From assembly GCA_026989095.1 (NCBI GenBank), contig JALSKA010000135.1, positions 629 through 64,628 on the forward strand: a DNA stretch of 64,000 bases. The letters are read 5' to 3'. The position numbers were made by a program, and so were the translations under genes. This document shows, piece after piece, positions 22,222 to 31,958 of this stretch; the first letter of the stretch is position 1, and each line of letters opens with the position of its first letter. Below the pieces are notes generated by a model, which saw nothing but the letters and a program-made list of their open reading frames with translations, was not told the origin of the DNA and made no database searches. The stretch is from Ardenticatenaceae bacterium. Its GTDB lineage: Bacteria > Chloroflexota > Anaerolineae > Ardenticatenales > Ardenticatenaceae.

Positions 22222-23592
22222 TCAGCCGCCGGCCACCAGCGCGTGGGCCAGCCGGTTGTGCTCGGCCACGACGCGCCCCAAGTCCCACCCCAACAGCTCG
22301 CCGTGATCCACCAGGAGCCGGCCGTTGACCATCACGAAATCGGCCTTGCGGGGATAACAGAAGACAAGGGCGGCAACAGGATCGTGGGGGGCCGCGCCAG
22401 CGTAGTCCAAGTGATCGAGCCGCACGCCCACGATGTCGGCCGCCTTGCCGACGGAGAGCTCGCCGATGTCGTCCCGCCGGAGCACGGCAGCTCCGCCTCG
22501 GGTGGCCAGCTCGAGCGCCTGACGGGCCGTCAGCGCGGAGGCGCCGCCGCGCACGCGCTGCAGCAGCATGGCCTGGCGGGCCTCGGCCAGCACGTGGCCG
22601 GCGTCGTTGGAGGCAGACCCATCCACCCCCAAGCCCACCCGGACGCCGGCGTCCACCATCTGGCGGACAGGGGCGATGCCGCTGGCCAGGCGCATGTTGC
22701 TGGAAGGGCAGTGGGCCACGCCCGTGCCGGTGCGGCTCAGGAGGGCGATCTCGTCGGCGTTGACGTGGACGGCGTGGGCCCACCACACGTCGTCGCCCAC
22801 CCAGCCCAGCTCCTCGGCGTACTGGGCTGGCCGACAGCCGAACGTCTCCAGGCAGAAGGCTTCCTCCTCCACGGTCTCGGCCAGGTGGGTGTGGGCCAAG
22901 ACGCCGTAGCTCCGGGCGAGGGCGATGCTCTCCCGCATCAGGTCGGGGGTGACGCTGAAGGGGGAGCAGGGGGCCACGCCGACCCGGCACATGGAGAAGG
23001 GTTCGGGGTCGTGGAACTGCTCGATGGCCCGCCGAGCCTCTCTCAGGATGGTCTCCTCGTCCTCGGTGACCTGGTCGGGCGGCAGCCCGCCCTGGCTTTC
23101 CCCCAGGCTCATGCCGCCACGGGTGGGGTGAAAGCGCACGCCCAGCTCCTGGGCCGCCCGAATTTCGTCGTCAATGCGGCAGTCGTTGGGGTAGATGTAG
23201 AGGTGGTCGGCCACTGTGGTGCAACCGCTGAGCAGCAGCTCGGCCAGGCCAACCAGGGCGCTCACGTAGACGGCTTCGCCGGTCAAGTTGGCCCAAATGG
23301 GATAGAGGGTTTTGAGCCAGTCGAAAAGGGGAACGTCTTGGGCAGCAGGCAGGGCACGGGTGAGGGTCTGGTACAGGTGGTGATGGCAGTTGACCAACCC
23401 CGGGAAGAGGATCATGCCCCTGGCATTGTAGATGGAATCTGCTTGGTCCACGTAGCGCGCCAGCAGCTCCTCGGTGGTCCCGATGGCGGCGATCTCGGCC
23501 CCCCGCACCAGGATGGCCCCGTCGCGCAGCTCGCGGCGAGACGCATCCATGGTCACAATATAGGCCGCGCTGTGGATCAACCAGGCGGTCAT
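22222..23592 (-). CDS. amidohydrolase-superfamily deaminase (8-oxoguanine deaminase / SsnA-like, COG0402-type)
   Basis: 456 aa. Has the metal motif VNCHHHLYQ, then AHTHLAE and GLGVDGSASND. Confidence 0.85.
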   Translation of the reverse strand: MTAWLIHSAAYIVTMDASRRELRDGAILVRGAEIAAIGTTEELLARYVDQADSIYNARGMILFPGLVNCHHHLYQTLTRALPAAQDVPLFDWLKTLYPIWANLTGEAVYVSALVGLAELLLSGCTTVADHLYIYPNDCRIDDEIRAAQELGVRFHPTRGGMSLGESQGGLPPDQVTEDEETILREARRAIEQFHDPEPFSMCRVGVAPCSPFSVTPDLMRESIALARSYGVLAHTHLAETVEEEAFCLETFGCRPAQYAEELGWVGDDVWWAHAVHVNADEIALLSRTGTGVAHCPSSNMRLASGIAPVRQMVDAGVRVGLGVDGSASNDAGHVLAEARQAMLLQRVRGGASALTARQALELATRGGAAVLRRDDIGELSVGKAADIVGVRLDHLDYAGAAPHDPVAALVFCYPRKADFVMVNGRLLVDHGELLGWDLGRVVAEHNRLAHALVAGG

Positions 23593-23688
23593 CGTATAGC
23601 GTGCTCCCGGGGGGCTCTCGCGGACATCAGATGGGGCGGATTATACCACAAACGGGGTGGCCGTCAACATGTGAGTTTCCCGCTAGGG

Positions 23689-23718
23689 TTGGCCCTCTGG
23701 GCCGAATTTGTCTATAAT
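23689..23718 (+). promoter_or_regulatory. candidate promoter of the acylase operon
   Basis: TTGGCC, 18 nt, TATAAT, about 54 nt upstream of the ATG at 23772. Supported by consensus match only. Confidence 0.35.
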
Positions 23719-23771
23719 CGGGAGGCGTTCCACGGCCCAGGTTGAAAGCTGCTCGGGAACAAGGAGGTTCT

Positions 23772-26180
23772 ATGCGCCGTGTCACCCGCCTTTTGGCCGT
23801 CCTCGCCGGCGTGCTCGTTCTGGTGCTCCTCATCGGCAGCCTCGTCCTCTGGCAGATGGTGCGCCGGCCGTGGCCCCAAACCGAAGGCACCCTCGCCGTG
23901 CCGGGGCTGCAGGGGCCCGTCGAGATTATTCGAGACGAGTACGGCGTGCCCCACATCTACGCCCAGAGCGAGTACGACCTCTTCTTCGCCCAAGGCTACG
24001 TCCACGCCCAGGATCGCCTCTGGCAGATGGACTTCCAGCGGCGGGTGGGGCTGGGTCGCCTGAGCGAGGTGCTGGGAGAAGCGGCCCTCGAGACCGACAT
24101 CTTCCTGCGCACCGTGGGCACCAACCGGAGCGCCCGGCAGGACCTGGAGACCCTCTCCCCCGAGGCCCGCGCCATGCTGGAGGCCTACGCGGCCGGCGTC
24201 AACGCCTTCATCGAGACGAACCGCGACCGCCTGCCCCTGGAGTACACCATTCTGCGCGTGGAACCTGAGCCCTGGGAACCCCTCCACACCTTGGCCTGGG
24301 GCAAGATGATGCAGTGGACCCTCAATGACAGTTGGAGCGACGACCTGCTGCGCAGCCGGCTCATCGAGGCGCTGGGCGAGGAGCGAGCGGCCGACCTAAA
24401 CCCCGGCTACTTGGCCGACGGCCCCACCATTCTCCCGGAGGAGCTGATCATCTCCCTTGGCACGCCTAGGCTGGACAAGGTGCGCGAGGCGCTCCGCCTG
24501 GCCAACGTGCCCCTCGGCGGCCTCCAAGACGGGCTGGGGAGCAACAACTGGGTTGTCGCGCCGGAGCGCTCGGCCACCGGCCGGCCTCTGTTGGCCAATG
24601 ATCCCCACCTCCAATACGGCGTGCCCGCCATTTGGTACCTGATGGGGCTCCACGCGCCGGGCTATAACGTCGTGGGAGCCACGTTGCCGGGTGCGGCCGG
24701 CGTGATCATCGGCCACAACGAGCGCATCGCCTGGGGCGTGACCAACTTGGCCGCCGACGTGCAAGACCTCTACGTCGAGCGCCTGAACCCCCAAAATCCC
24801 AACGAGTACGAGGTGAACGGGGAGTACGTGCCCTTCGAGATCGTGCGTGAGGAAATTTATGTCAAGGGAAGGGCCGAGCCGGTGGTGGTCGAGGTGAAAA
24901 TCAGCCGGCACGGCCCCCTGATCAACGATGTCGTCGAGGGGCTCGACGCGCCGGTGGCCTTGAAGTGGCTGGCCGCCTCGCGCCCCAGCACGCTGATCAA
25001 CGCCATCTACCCCCTCAACCGGGCCGGCAACTGGGAAGAGTTCACCGCTGCCCTGCGCTGGTGGGACGCGCCCATGCAGAACTTCGTCTACGCCGACGTG
25101 GAGGGCAACATCGGGTACTTCGGGGCCGGCGCCGTGCCCATCCGCGCCAAGGGCCGGGGGCTCGTGCCGGTGCCCGGCTGGACCGACGAGTACGAGTGGG
25201 TGGACACGATCCCCTTCGAGGCACTGCCCCAGGCGTTCAACCCGCCGTCGGGGCTCATCGTCACGGCCAACAACAAGCCCGTGCCCGACACCTATCCGTA
25301 CTACTTGAGCTACGACTGGGCCGCGCCGTACCGGGCCCAGCGCATTCTGGCCACCTTGGCCGACAAGCCGCAGATCACCCTCGACGACATGGCCGCCGCC
25401 CAGGCCGACAACCTCTCCATCCTGGGCCAGAAGCTCACCCCGCTCCTCCTCGACGTGCGGAGCGACAACATCATCACCCAGCGCGCCCAGGCCGAGTTGG
25501 CCGCGTGGGACTACCGCCTGGACGCCGATTCGGTGGGGGCGGGCATCTTCGAGGTGACCTACTGGTTCCTGGTCCAGGAGATCGTGGGCGACGAGCTGGG
25601 CGAGGAGCTCACGCCCGAGTACCTCTCGCGCTTCTCCCAGCACGCCATGTTCGTGGACCGGCTCATTGAGGAGCCCGAAAACCCCTGGTGGGACGACACC
25701 ACCACGCCCGAACGGGAGACGCGGGACGAGATCGTCGCCCGCGCCCTCGAGAAGGCCGTGGAGTGGTGGGGCCGCAACTACGGCGACCTGGTGGACAAGG
25801 ATTGGACGTGGGGCAAGGTCCACACGACCACGTTCCGCCACCCGGTGCTGGGCTCGATCAGCCCCCTCGACCGCCTCTTCAACGTCGAGGCCGGCCCGAC
25901 GGACGGGGACAGCCAGACGCCCCAGGCCAACGGGTTCTCGTTCAACGACCCCTTCGGCGTGCGCGCCGGCCCCGGCTACCGGCAGATCTGGGACGTGGGC
26001 AACTGGGACGAGGGCCGAACGGTGATCGCCGGCGGCCAGAGCGGCCACCCCACGCACCCCAACTTCGCCGACTTGGTGCCCTTCTGGCGAGAGGTGCGCT
26101 ACATCCCCATGCGGTGGAGCCGCGAGGCCGTGGAGTCGGCCCCCAACGCGCGTCTGCTGCGCTTGGAGCCGCGGCCATGA
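23772..26180 (+). CDS. penicillin acylase family Ntn-hydrolase (peptidase S45; possibly acyl-homoserine-lactone or beta-lactam acylase)
   Basis: ATG at 23772 follows AAGGAGG. Has an N-terminal membrane anchor, YGVPHIYA and QDRLWQMD motifs, and the autoprocessing site G/SNNWVV. Confidence 0.9.
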   Translation: MRRVTRLLAVLAGVLVLVLLIGSLVLWQMVRRPWPQTEGTLAVPGLQGPVEIIRDEYGVPHIYAQSEYDLFFAQGYVHAQDRLWQMDFQRRVGLGRLSEVLGEAALETDIFLRTVGTNRSARQDLETLSPEARAMLEAYAAGVNAFIETNRDRLPLEYTILRVEPEPWEPLHTLAWGKMMQWTLNDSWSDDLLRSRLIEALGEERAADLNPGYLADGPTILPEELIISLGTPRLDKVREALRLANVPLGGLQDGLGSNNWVVAPERSATGRPLLANDPHLQYGVPAIWYLMGLHAPGYNVVGATLPGAAGVIIGHNERIAWGVTNLAADVQDLYVERLNPQNPNEYEVNGEYVPFEIVREEIYVKGRAEPVVVEVKISRHGPLINDVVEGLDAPVALKWLAASRPSTLINAIYPLNRAGNWEEFTAALRWWDAPMQNFVYADVEGNIGYFGAGAVPIRAKGRGLVPVPGWTDEYEWVDTIPFEALPQAFNPPSGLIVTANNKPVPDTYPYYLSYDWAAPYRAQRILATLADKPQITLDDMAAAQADNLSILGQKLTPLLLDVRSDNIITQRAQAELAAWDYRLDADSVGAGIFEVTYWFLVQEIVGDELGEELTPEYLSRFSQHAMFVDRLIEEPENPWWDDTTTPERETRDEIVARALEKAVEWWGRNYGDLVDKDWTWGKVHTTTFRHPVLGSISPLDRLFNVEAGPTDGDSQTPQANGFSFNDPFGVRAGPGYRQIWDVGNWDEGRTVIAGGQSGHPTHPNFADLVPFWREVRYIPMRWSREAVESAPNARLLRLEPRP

Positions 26181-27118
26181 GCGCTCGCCTGGAAGAGCAT
26201 TTGCGCCACATTCGCGAGCAGGTGGTGCCCGCGCGCCGGGCCACCAAAGGGCGTCCCTCGCCGGAGTACGTGGCCCGCGTGGAGGCGCGCCCACAGCCTC
26301 CTCTCCTCCTGAGGGGGCTGGAGCAGTGGAATGCCGGCCACTTCTACGCCCAACATGAGACCCTGGAGTGGTTCTGGCGGGCGCTCGACGAGCCGGTGCG
26401 CGATGTGGTCAAAGGGGTGATCATGGCGGGCGTGGGCGCCTACCACGCGCTGCGCCACAACCGCCGGGGGGCCCTCGCCAAGTGGACGGGCGCGCTGGGC
26501 TACTTGGAGCCTTTCGCCGGCACCCGGCCCTACGGGCTCGATGTGGACGCCCTGCGAGCCGACCTCTCGCCCCTCTACCAGCACTTGCGCCGTGAGCCCA
26601 GCCCGGATTGGGCGGAGTTTGAGGCTCGGGTGCGCGCCCTCCGGCTGGTCTTCACGCGCCGGCCGGCCGCCCCCCGCGTCACCGACCTGCTGCGGGCCAT
26701 GGACCGCGCGTGGGAGGAGGGTCCCCACGCCCTGTGGCCGGTGCTGGAGGCCCTTTCCCCTCTCGAGGCCGATCATCCCCTCTGGGAGCACGTGAGCACC
26801 TCGGGCGCCCACAAGGCCGACGTGGCCCACCGCCTCTTGGGACGCCCAGCCCTCGACGTGCCGGCGCCAGCGACGTGGGCGCGCCTGCTGCGCTGGCTGG
26901 AGACGGCCCACGAACACCTCCGGGAGGGGGTTGGCTTCCTGGACGAGGCGGCCCTTGACAAGACGACTCACTGCGCCGGCCACGCCACAACTCTGTGGGA
27001 GGCCGTGCAGGCGTGCGTGGAGGCCGATGTGGCCTTGGGCGGGATGCTCCGGGCAATCACCTTCACGGGCGACCCCGGGGGCACCGCGCCTGCTCCGGCG
27101 GCATCCCGAGGGAGGTGA
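26177..27118 (+). CDS. DUF309-domain protein with DinB-like C-terminal helical region
   Basis: ATG at 26177 overlaps the acylase stop (ATGA). WNAGHFYAQHETLEWFW matches the DUF309 signature. The C-terminus has His-containing helices. Confidence 0.65.
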   Translation: MSARLEEHLRHIREQVVPARRATKGRPSPEYVARVEARPQPPLLLRGLEQWNAGHFYAQHETLEWFWRALDEPVRDVVKGVIMAGVGAYHALRHNRRGALAKWTGALGYLEPFAGTRPYGLDVDALRADLSPLYQHLRREPSPDWAEFEARVRALRLVFTRRPAAPRVTDLLRAMDRAWEEGPHALWPVLEALSPLEADHPLWEHVSTSGAHKADVAHRLLGRPALDVPAPATWARLLRWLETAHEHLREGVGFLDEAALDKTTHCAGHATTLWEAVQACVEADVALGGMLRAITFTGDPGGTAPAPAASRGR

Positions 27119-27124
27119 GACGAG

Positions 27125-27940
27125 ATGCCGGAGATCACACGCAACGGATCGCGCCTCTTCTACCACCAATGGGGCTCCGAGGGGCCCGGCGTGCTCCTCG
27201 TCCACGGGCTGGGTTCCAGCGGCGAGGATTGGCCTTTCCAAGCAGAGCGGTGGCAACAGAAGCATCGGGTGGTAGCACCTGATCTGCGGGGACACGGGCA
27301 GTCCGAGCCCCTGCGGGGGCCGGTTACCGTGGCGGAGCTGGCCGACGACGTGGCGGCTGTGGCCCAGGCCACGAGTGTGGCCCCGGCCCACGTAATCGGC
27401 CTCTCGCTGGGGGGCATGGTCGCCCAGGAGCTGGCGCTGCGCCATCCCGAAGTGGTCCGCAGCCTGGTGCTGGTGAACACCTTCTGCCGGCTGCGGGCAC
27501 GCACGTGGGCCGACCGCCGGCGGGTGTGGGCGCGCACGTTGGGCCTGCGCCTGCTCCCCATGAGCGTGGTGGCCCGCTCGACAGCCCGCCGCCTCTTCCC
27601 CAAGCCCGAACAGGTCGAGCTACGGCGCCTGGCGGTCGAACGCCTCCGACACAACGACCGCCGGTCCATCTGGTGGGCGTGGCAGGCCATCCGCGGCCAC
27701 AACACGTGTGAACGCCTGGCCCGTATTTCAGCGCCCACGCTCGTGATCCACGGCGAGGAGGATACGACGGTGGCCTACGTGGAGTGCCAACGCCTAGCGA
27801 CGCACATCCCCGGCGCACGGCTGAAGACCATCGCCAACTCGGGTCACGCCACACCGTTGGACGCCCCGAACCGGTTCAACCTGGCCGTGGAGGAGTTCTG
27901 GGAACAGGTGGATCAGGACACGAGTGGCGCTGGCGTTTAG
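27125..27940 (+). CDS. alpha/beta-fold hydrolase
   Basis: Has LVHGLGSSGEDW, the nucleophile elbow GLSLGG, and a C-terminal SGH. RBS is GGGAGG. Confidence 0.85.
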   Translation: MPEITRNGSRLFYHQWGSEGPGVLLVHGLGSSGEDWPFQAERWQQKHRVVAPDLRGHGQSEPLRGPVTVAELADDVAAVAQATSVAPAHVIGLSLGGMVAQELALRHPEVVRSLVLVNTFCRLRARTWADRRRVWARTLGLRLLPMSVVARSTARRLFPKPEQVELRRLAVERLRHNDRRSIWWAWQAIRGHNTCERLARISAPTLVIHGEEDTTVAYVECQRLATHIPGARLKTIANSGHATPLDAPNRFNLAVEEFWEQVDQDTSGAGV

Positions 27941-28728
27941 GCCGGGAAGATGCCCACGCGCCTGCGGGGCTCCTCTCCTGTGCTGCGGGTGATCACGCCC
28001 GGCTCGTTGCGCAGGGCCAAGTGGATGATGCGCCGCTCGTAGGCCTGCATGGGCCGCAGGTAGACGGGCCGCCCGGTCCGGCGCACCTGTTCGGCCTTCT
28101 CGAGGGCCAAGGCGCGCAACATTTCCGCGCGGCGGCGCTTGTACCCCTCCACGTCCACGACAAGGTTGACCCGCTGACCCAGGCGGCGCCCCACCATGAG
28201 GCGCATGAGGAACTGGATTTCGCGCAGTGTGGAGCCCCGCCGGCCGATGAGAAGCCCCAAGTCGTCCCCTACGATGTCGAGCACAAGGGTGGGTTCTTCC
28301 TCGGGAGTTTCGGGATCGGCCCAGTACGCCTGCACGTCGGCGATCACGTGCATCCGCGTGAGCAGCTCCACGAGCAGTTCGCGGCTCAATTCCAGGATCT
28401 CCTGGGGGCTCGGAGCTTCTCCCGACACCACGCCCGGTCCGGGTTCCGTCTGGGCCTCGGCCTGGGGCGGCCGGGCCACGTGGTGGGGTCGGGCAGGCGT
28501 TGTTTCGACTACATGCTCTTCCTCGGGAGCCGGCAACAACTCGGTGACCCGCACAATGGCGTCCTTGGCCCCAAAGCCCAGGATGCCCGAGCTGGGCTCC
28601 CGCAACACTTCGACTTCCACTTCATCGCGCGTCCGGTTCAGGCGCGCCAATGCCTTCTCGACAGCCTCCTCGACAGTACGGCCGCTGGCCTCAACGCTTT
28701 TTCCTCTTACGACGCCGTGTCTTTGCAT
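27937..28728 (-). CDS. jag: Jag/KhpB RNA-binding protein (Jag_N, KH, R3H)
   Basis: ATG at 28728. Has the Jag_N segment GKSVEASGRTVEEAVEKAL, the KH motif GRRGSTL, and the R3H-like YERRIIHLAL. Follows yidC in the conserved order. Confidence 0.85.
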   Translation of the reverse strand: MQRHGVVRGKSVEASGRTVEEAVEKALARLNRTRDEVEVEVLREPSSGILGFGAKDAIVRVTELLPAPEEEHVVETTPARPHHVARPPQAEAQTEPGPGVVSGEAPSPQEILELSRELLVELLTRMHVIADVQAYWADPETPEEEPTLVLDIVGDDLGLLIGRRGSTLREIQFLMRLMVGRRLGQRVNLVVDVEGYKRRRAEMLRALALEKAEQVRRTGRPVYLRPMQAYERRIIHLALRNEPGVITRSTGEEPRRRVGIFPA

Positions 28729-29542
28729 GGGTCTTTTGCCTCTCGCTTGCGCCACCACGCCGGCCACCACTGCTTCCACTGCCCCCCGCGGCCGGCGGGC
28801 CGGCCGGGGACGGTGTTGCCGGGGCAGCCTGTGGCAGCGGTTTTTCATGCTCTCGCATGAGCGCATACTGTTGCACGATCTGAAAGACGTTGGAGGTCAC
28901 CCAGTAGAGGGCCAAGCCAGAGGGCACCTGAAGGGCGAAGAAGCCGAACATGAGCGGCATGATGGTGTTCATCTGGTTCATCATAGCCGCCGAAGGGTCG
29001 TCCTGGCTGCTGCTGGACATGGTGGGGGCAATCATGCGCTGCACCACCATCTGGGTGACCACGGTGAGCACCGGGAGAATGAGGTAGCCAATCGTCTGAG
29101 GTCCCCAACTGGCCGTGTTCGTGAGCCACTCCAGGCCACGCGGCTCGGCTAGGCTGGGAATCCAGAGCCACCCTTCCTGCAAGATCCCCTGGTCGGCCAT
29201 TTGGAAGAGCGCCCGGTAGAGGGCAATCCAGACGGGCATCTGGATGAGGATGGGGAGACAGCCAGAAGCGGGGTTCACGCCCGCCTCCCGGTAGAGGCGC
29301 ATCATCTCCTGGGTTTGGCGTTCCTTGTCGTCCTTGTACTTGCGCTGCAACTCCTTGATCTTGGGCTGCAGCTCCTGCATGGCCTTGGAGGATTTGATCT
29401 GCTTGAGGGTCAGGGGCAACGTCAGCAGGCGCACGACGAGGGTGAAGACGATGATGGCCAAGCCGTAGCTGCCCACCAGGCCGTGCAGGAAGACCAGCGC
29501 GTCTATCAACAGTTGGACAAAGGCGTTCCAAAGGGCACCCAA
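28691..29542 (-). CDS. yidC: membrane protein insertase YidC (short form)
   Basis: 283 aa. YidC/Oxa1 core (LTLPL..KMQELQPK..YREAGVNP) with a basic C-terminal tail. Confidence 0.9.
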   Translation of the reverse strand: MGALWNAFVQLLIDALVFLHGLVGSYGLAIIVFTLVVRLLTLPLTLKQIKSSKAMQELQPKIKELQRKYKDDKERQTQEMMRLYREAGVNPASGCLPILIQMPVWIALYRALFQMADQGILQEGWLWIPSLAEPRGLEWLTNTASWGPQTIGYLILPVLTVVTQMVVQRMIAPTMSSSSQDDPSAAMMNQMNTIMPLMFGFFALQVPSGLALYWVTSNVFQIVQQYALMREHEKPLPQAAPATPSPAGPPAAGGSGSSGGRRGGASERQKTHAKTRRRKRKKR

Positions 29543-29557
29543 AATTCGGCCTCCTCG

Positions 29558-29794
29558 TTACGGGCGGTCCCGTTCGGGCACGGGGTCGTAGCCGCCCGGG
29601 TGGAAAGGGTGACAGCGCCCGATGCGGCGCAGGGCGAGCCATCCTCCGCGCACCACGCCGAAGCGCTCGACGGCCTCGAGCGCGTACTGGGAGCAGGTGG
29701 GCTCAAAGCGGCACGTGGCCCCTTTCAGGGGTGAGATGTAACGTTGGTAGAACCGGATAAGGGCAAGCACCACCTGTTTCATGAGTAAGCTCAC
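29558..29794 (-). CDS. yidD: membrane protein insertion efficiency factor YidD
   Basis: 78 aa. Has [26 protein letters not shown]. Confidence 0.9.
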   Translation of the reverse strand: MSLLMKQVVLALIRFYQRYISPLKGATCRFEPTCSQYALEAVERFGVVRGGWLALRRIGRCHPFHPGGYDPVPERDRP

Positions 29795-30177
29795 GTTTCG
29801 TTGCGCTGGATGGCTTCTGCCACAGGTTGTGTACCGTTGACCAGCACGCCGGCGCGACGCAACGCCTCTTCGAGGGCCTCGTCAAGGGCATGGTAGTCGG
29901 CCTTCACGGCCTCGGCACGGGGTATAACGACCACGTCGTACCCGGGCCGGACGCGGCCGGCGGCGAGCTTCAGGCGGGCTGCCTCTCGCAGGCGCCGCTT
30001 GAGCTTATTGCGCACCACGGCCTTCCCCCGCTTCTTGCCCACGACGAAGCCAAAGCGGGTACATTCCCGCCCATTGGGGGCCACAAAGACCACGAGCAGG
30101 CGGTTGCGGTATCGCTTTCCCTCTCGCCGAACCCGCTCGAAGTCCGCGCTTGATCGCAGGCGGAATGCTCTGCGCAC
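29791..30177 (-). CDS. rnpA: ribonuclease P protein component
   Basis: 128 aa basic protein between rpmH and yidD. Has an RNase P protein-like [12 protein letters not shown] start. Confidence 0.85.
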   Translation of the reverse strand: MRRAFRLRSSADFERVRREGKRYRNRLLVVFVAPNGRECTRFGFVVGKKRGKAVVRNKLKRRLREAARLKLAAGRVRPGYDVVVIPRAEAVKADYHALDEALEEALRRAGVLVNGTQPVAEAIQRNET

Positions 30178-30243
30178 CGGTCATCACGTGACGCCAAGAG
30201 CTCACCTTGTAGCACGTCCAGGTGAGGAAAATGGCCGGCGATG

Positions 30244-30402
30244 CTACTGCCACCGGCGGGGTACGGTGACGGTCAGGCGGTGGCGGCCTTTGCGCCGGCG
30301 GTTCTTCAGGACACGCCGACCTCCTGGCGTGCGCATCCGCGCCCGGAAGCCGTGAACCCGCATTCGCCGCCGGCGCTTGCGAATGAGCGTGCGTTTGGGC
30401 AT
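30244..30402 (-). CDS. rpmH: 50S ribosomal protein L34
   Basis: Not in the ORF track (52 aa). My translation is [59 protein letters not shown] lies upstream. Confidence 0.9.
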   Translation of the reverse strand: MPKRTLIRKRRRRMRVHGFRARMRTPGGRRVLKNRRRKGRHRLTVTVPRRWQ

Positions 30403-30521
30403 ACGCTTCCTCCTCGTTCACGTAATCGGCAGGTGGATCAGGTCTCTTTAAGAGGAAACCCCCGTTGCCGGGGTTGCCGGGGAGCCAACATCTTCCCGCC
30501 GTCAAAGGGATAGTCTGAACT

Positions 30522-30549
30522 ATTATATCGCTTTCCCCACCTTCGCCAA
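30522..30549 (-). promoter_or_regulatory. candidate rpmH promoter
   Basis: Minus strand reads TTGGCG, 16 nt, TATAAT, about 115 nt upstream of the rpmH ATG. Confidence 0.4.
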
Positions 30550-30641
30550 ATTTACGTCCCGGCGGTTTCCCCTGCCGCCACACTCCCGGCGACCTCTCCA
30601 GCTCACACCCACCGCTCTCGACCGCACAGCGCCGTCCGCGC

Positions 30642-31949
30642 CTAGGGGGCCAGTCCCGGCAAAATTGCCCACAGGCTCCACCAGGTGAGGCCGGCCAAAC
30701 CGGCCACAAGTCCTCCCAACGCGATGGGTCGGTAGCGCGGCGCGAGCCACTCCTGAACCCCCAAGACCAGGAAGAGGGCCAGCGCCGGCAAGCTGGGGAA
30801 GAGGTAACGCCCTTGATGTTGCACGAAGGTGAGGTTGTACCACCCGTAGGCCGCCACGTTGAGCCCTACCCAAAGGGCCAGCAAGGCATACCCCCGGGGC
30901 ACGGCCGAGGGCCACAGGCGACGGTGAGCCCAGAGGCGCAGCGCCCATCCCGCGCCGGCGAGGCCCGTCAGGAGCCACAGGGGGCTGTACGCCCAGGAGG
31001 GCAAGGGCGCGGCCATCCAGCCGAATTGGCCCCAAAAGCTGTGGAAAGTGGTGAAGACGAGCCGCTTGGCCAGGCGCAGGGCACCCAGCTCAGCCAGCCA
31101 CTCGGCCGTGCGGGGCTGGCCCACGACGACGGCCTCGTGGCGCCGGAGCCCCAGCACGTCGGCGCCGCCGTAGACGAGGCTGTTGCGCGCGAACCAGGGC
31201 AGGCCCAGCGCCAGCGCGATGCACAGGGCCACGGCCACACTGCGGCGCAGGCGCGGCGTAGCCACCTCGGGGCGGCGCCACCACAGGACGGCCAAGGCCA
31301 GGGGAAGGGCCAAATAGGCCGTTGTCTTGGTCAACAGGGCGAGGCCCACTATGCCCCCCAACACGTACCACTCCTTGGGAGAGGGTGCCGCCTTCTTCAA
31401 CAGGCGCACCATCTGCCAAACGGCCAGCGCCAACACCAGCTCGGCCAGGGCGTCGTTGTTGGCCGAGGCCAAGATGGCCACGTGCATGGGCACCCCGGCC
31501 ACCACGCCGGCCGTGGCCACCACCACGTCGGGACGTGTGGGGAAGAGCGCGCGGGCTATGGCCGCGCTCACCATCACCACGCCGCCCCCCAAGAGCGCCG
31601 AGAAGAGGCGCACGGCCAGCAGGGGGTCGGCGCCCACGATGAGGGCTAGGCGGTAGGGCAGGGCAGCTAAGTAGTAGTAGAGGGGTGGCTGGTGCGCCTC
31701 GTAACAGATGCTGTCCACGGACAAGGAGGGCGGAAACCGAAGGCGTTTCAAGCGCTCCAAGTAGGCCTGATCGTAACACCCCGCCACCAACACGGGCGGA
31801 CGGCCCGTCTCGGCCACGTGCCGCACGTAGTTGAAGTGGGCCGGCTCGTCCGGGGCCTGCCAGCGGGGCGTGCGCCAGGCGTACAGGGCCGCCGTCGCCA
31901 GAAACCAGAGCAGCACCAGTGTCAGGAGCAAGCGGTCGGGCGCACGCAT
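30642..31949 (-). CDS. polytopic glycosyltransferase, GT39/GT83 (ArnT/PMT-like) family
   Basis: 435 aa with ~11 hydrophobic helices. The first loop has the motif PDEPAHFNY, typical of lipid-carrier-dependent glycosyltransferases. Confidence 0.75.
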   Translation of the reverse strand: MRAPDRLLLTLVLLWFLATAALYAWRTPRWQAPDEPAHFNYVRHVAETGRPPVLVAGCYDQAYLERLKRLRFPPSLSVDSICYEAHQPPLYYYLAALPYRLALIVGADPLLAVRLFSALLGGGVVMVSAAIARALFPTRPDVVVATAGVVAGVPMHVAILASANNDALAELVLALAVWQMVRLLKKAAPSPKEWYVLGGIVGLALLTKTTAYLALPLALAVLWWRRPEVATPRLRRSVAVALCIALALGLPWFARNSLVYGGADVLGLRRHEAVVVGQPRTAEWLAELGALRLAKRLVFTTFHSFWGQFGWMAAPLPSWAYSPLWLLTGLAGAGWALRLWAHRRLWPSAVPRGYALLALWVGLNVAAYGWYNLTFVQHQGRYLFPSLPALALFLVLGVQEWLAPRYRPIALGGLVAGLAGLTWWSLWAILPGLAP

Positions 31950-31958
31950 TGGACCCGG

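Noticed and set aside
25688-26176. N-terminal extension of the DUF309 ORF overlapping the acylase gene.
   Set aside because: It overlaps the well-supported acylase C-terminus in another frame. ATG 26177 overlaps the acylase stop and starts a sensible protein.
30403-30641. Origin of replication next to rpmH.
   Set aside because: It contains only a plausible rpmH promoter and one weak (6/9) DnaA-box-like word. There is no AT-rich unwinding element and dnaA is not adjacent.
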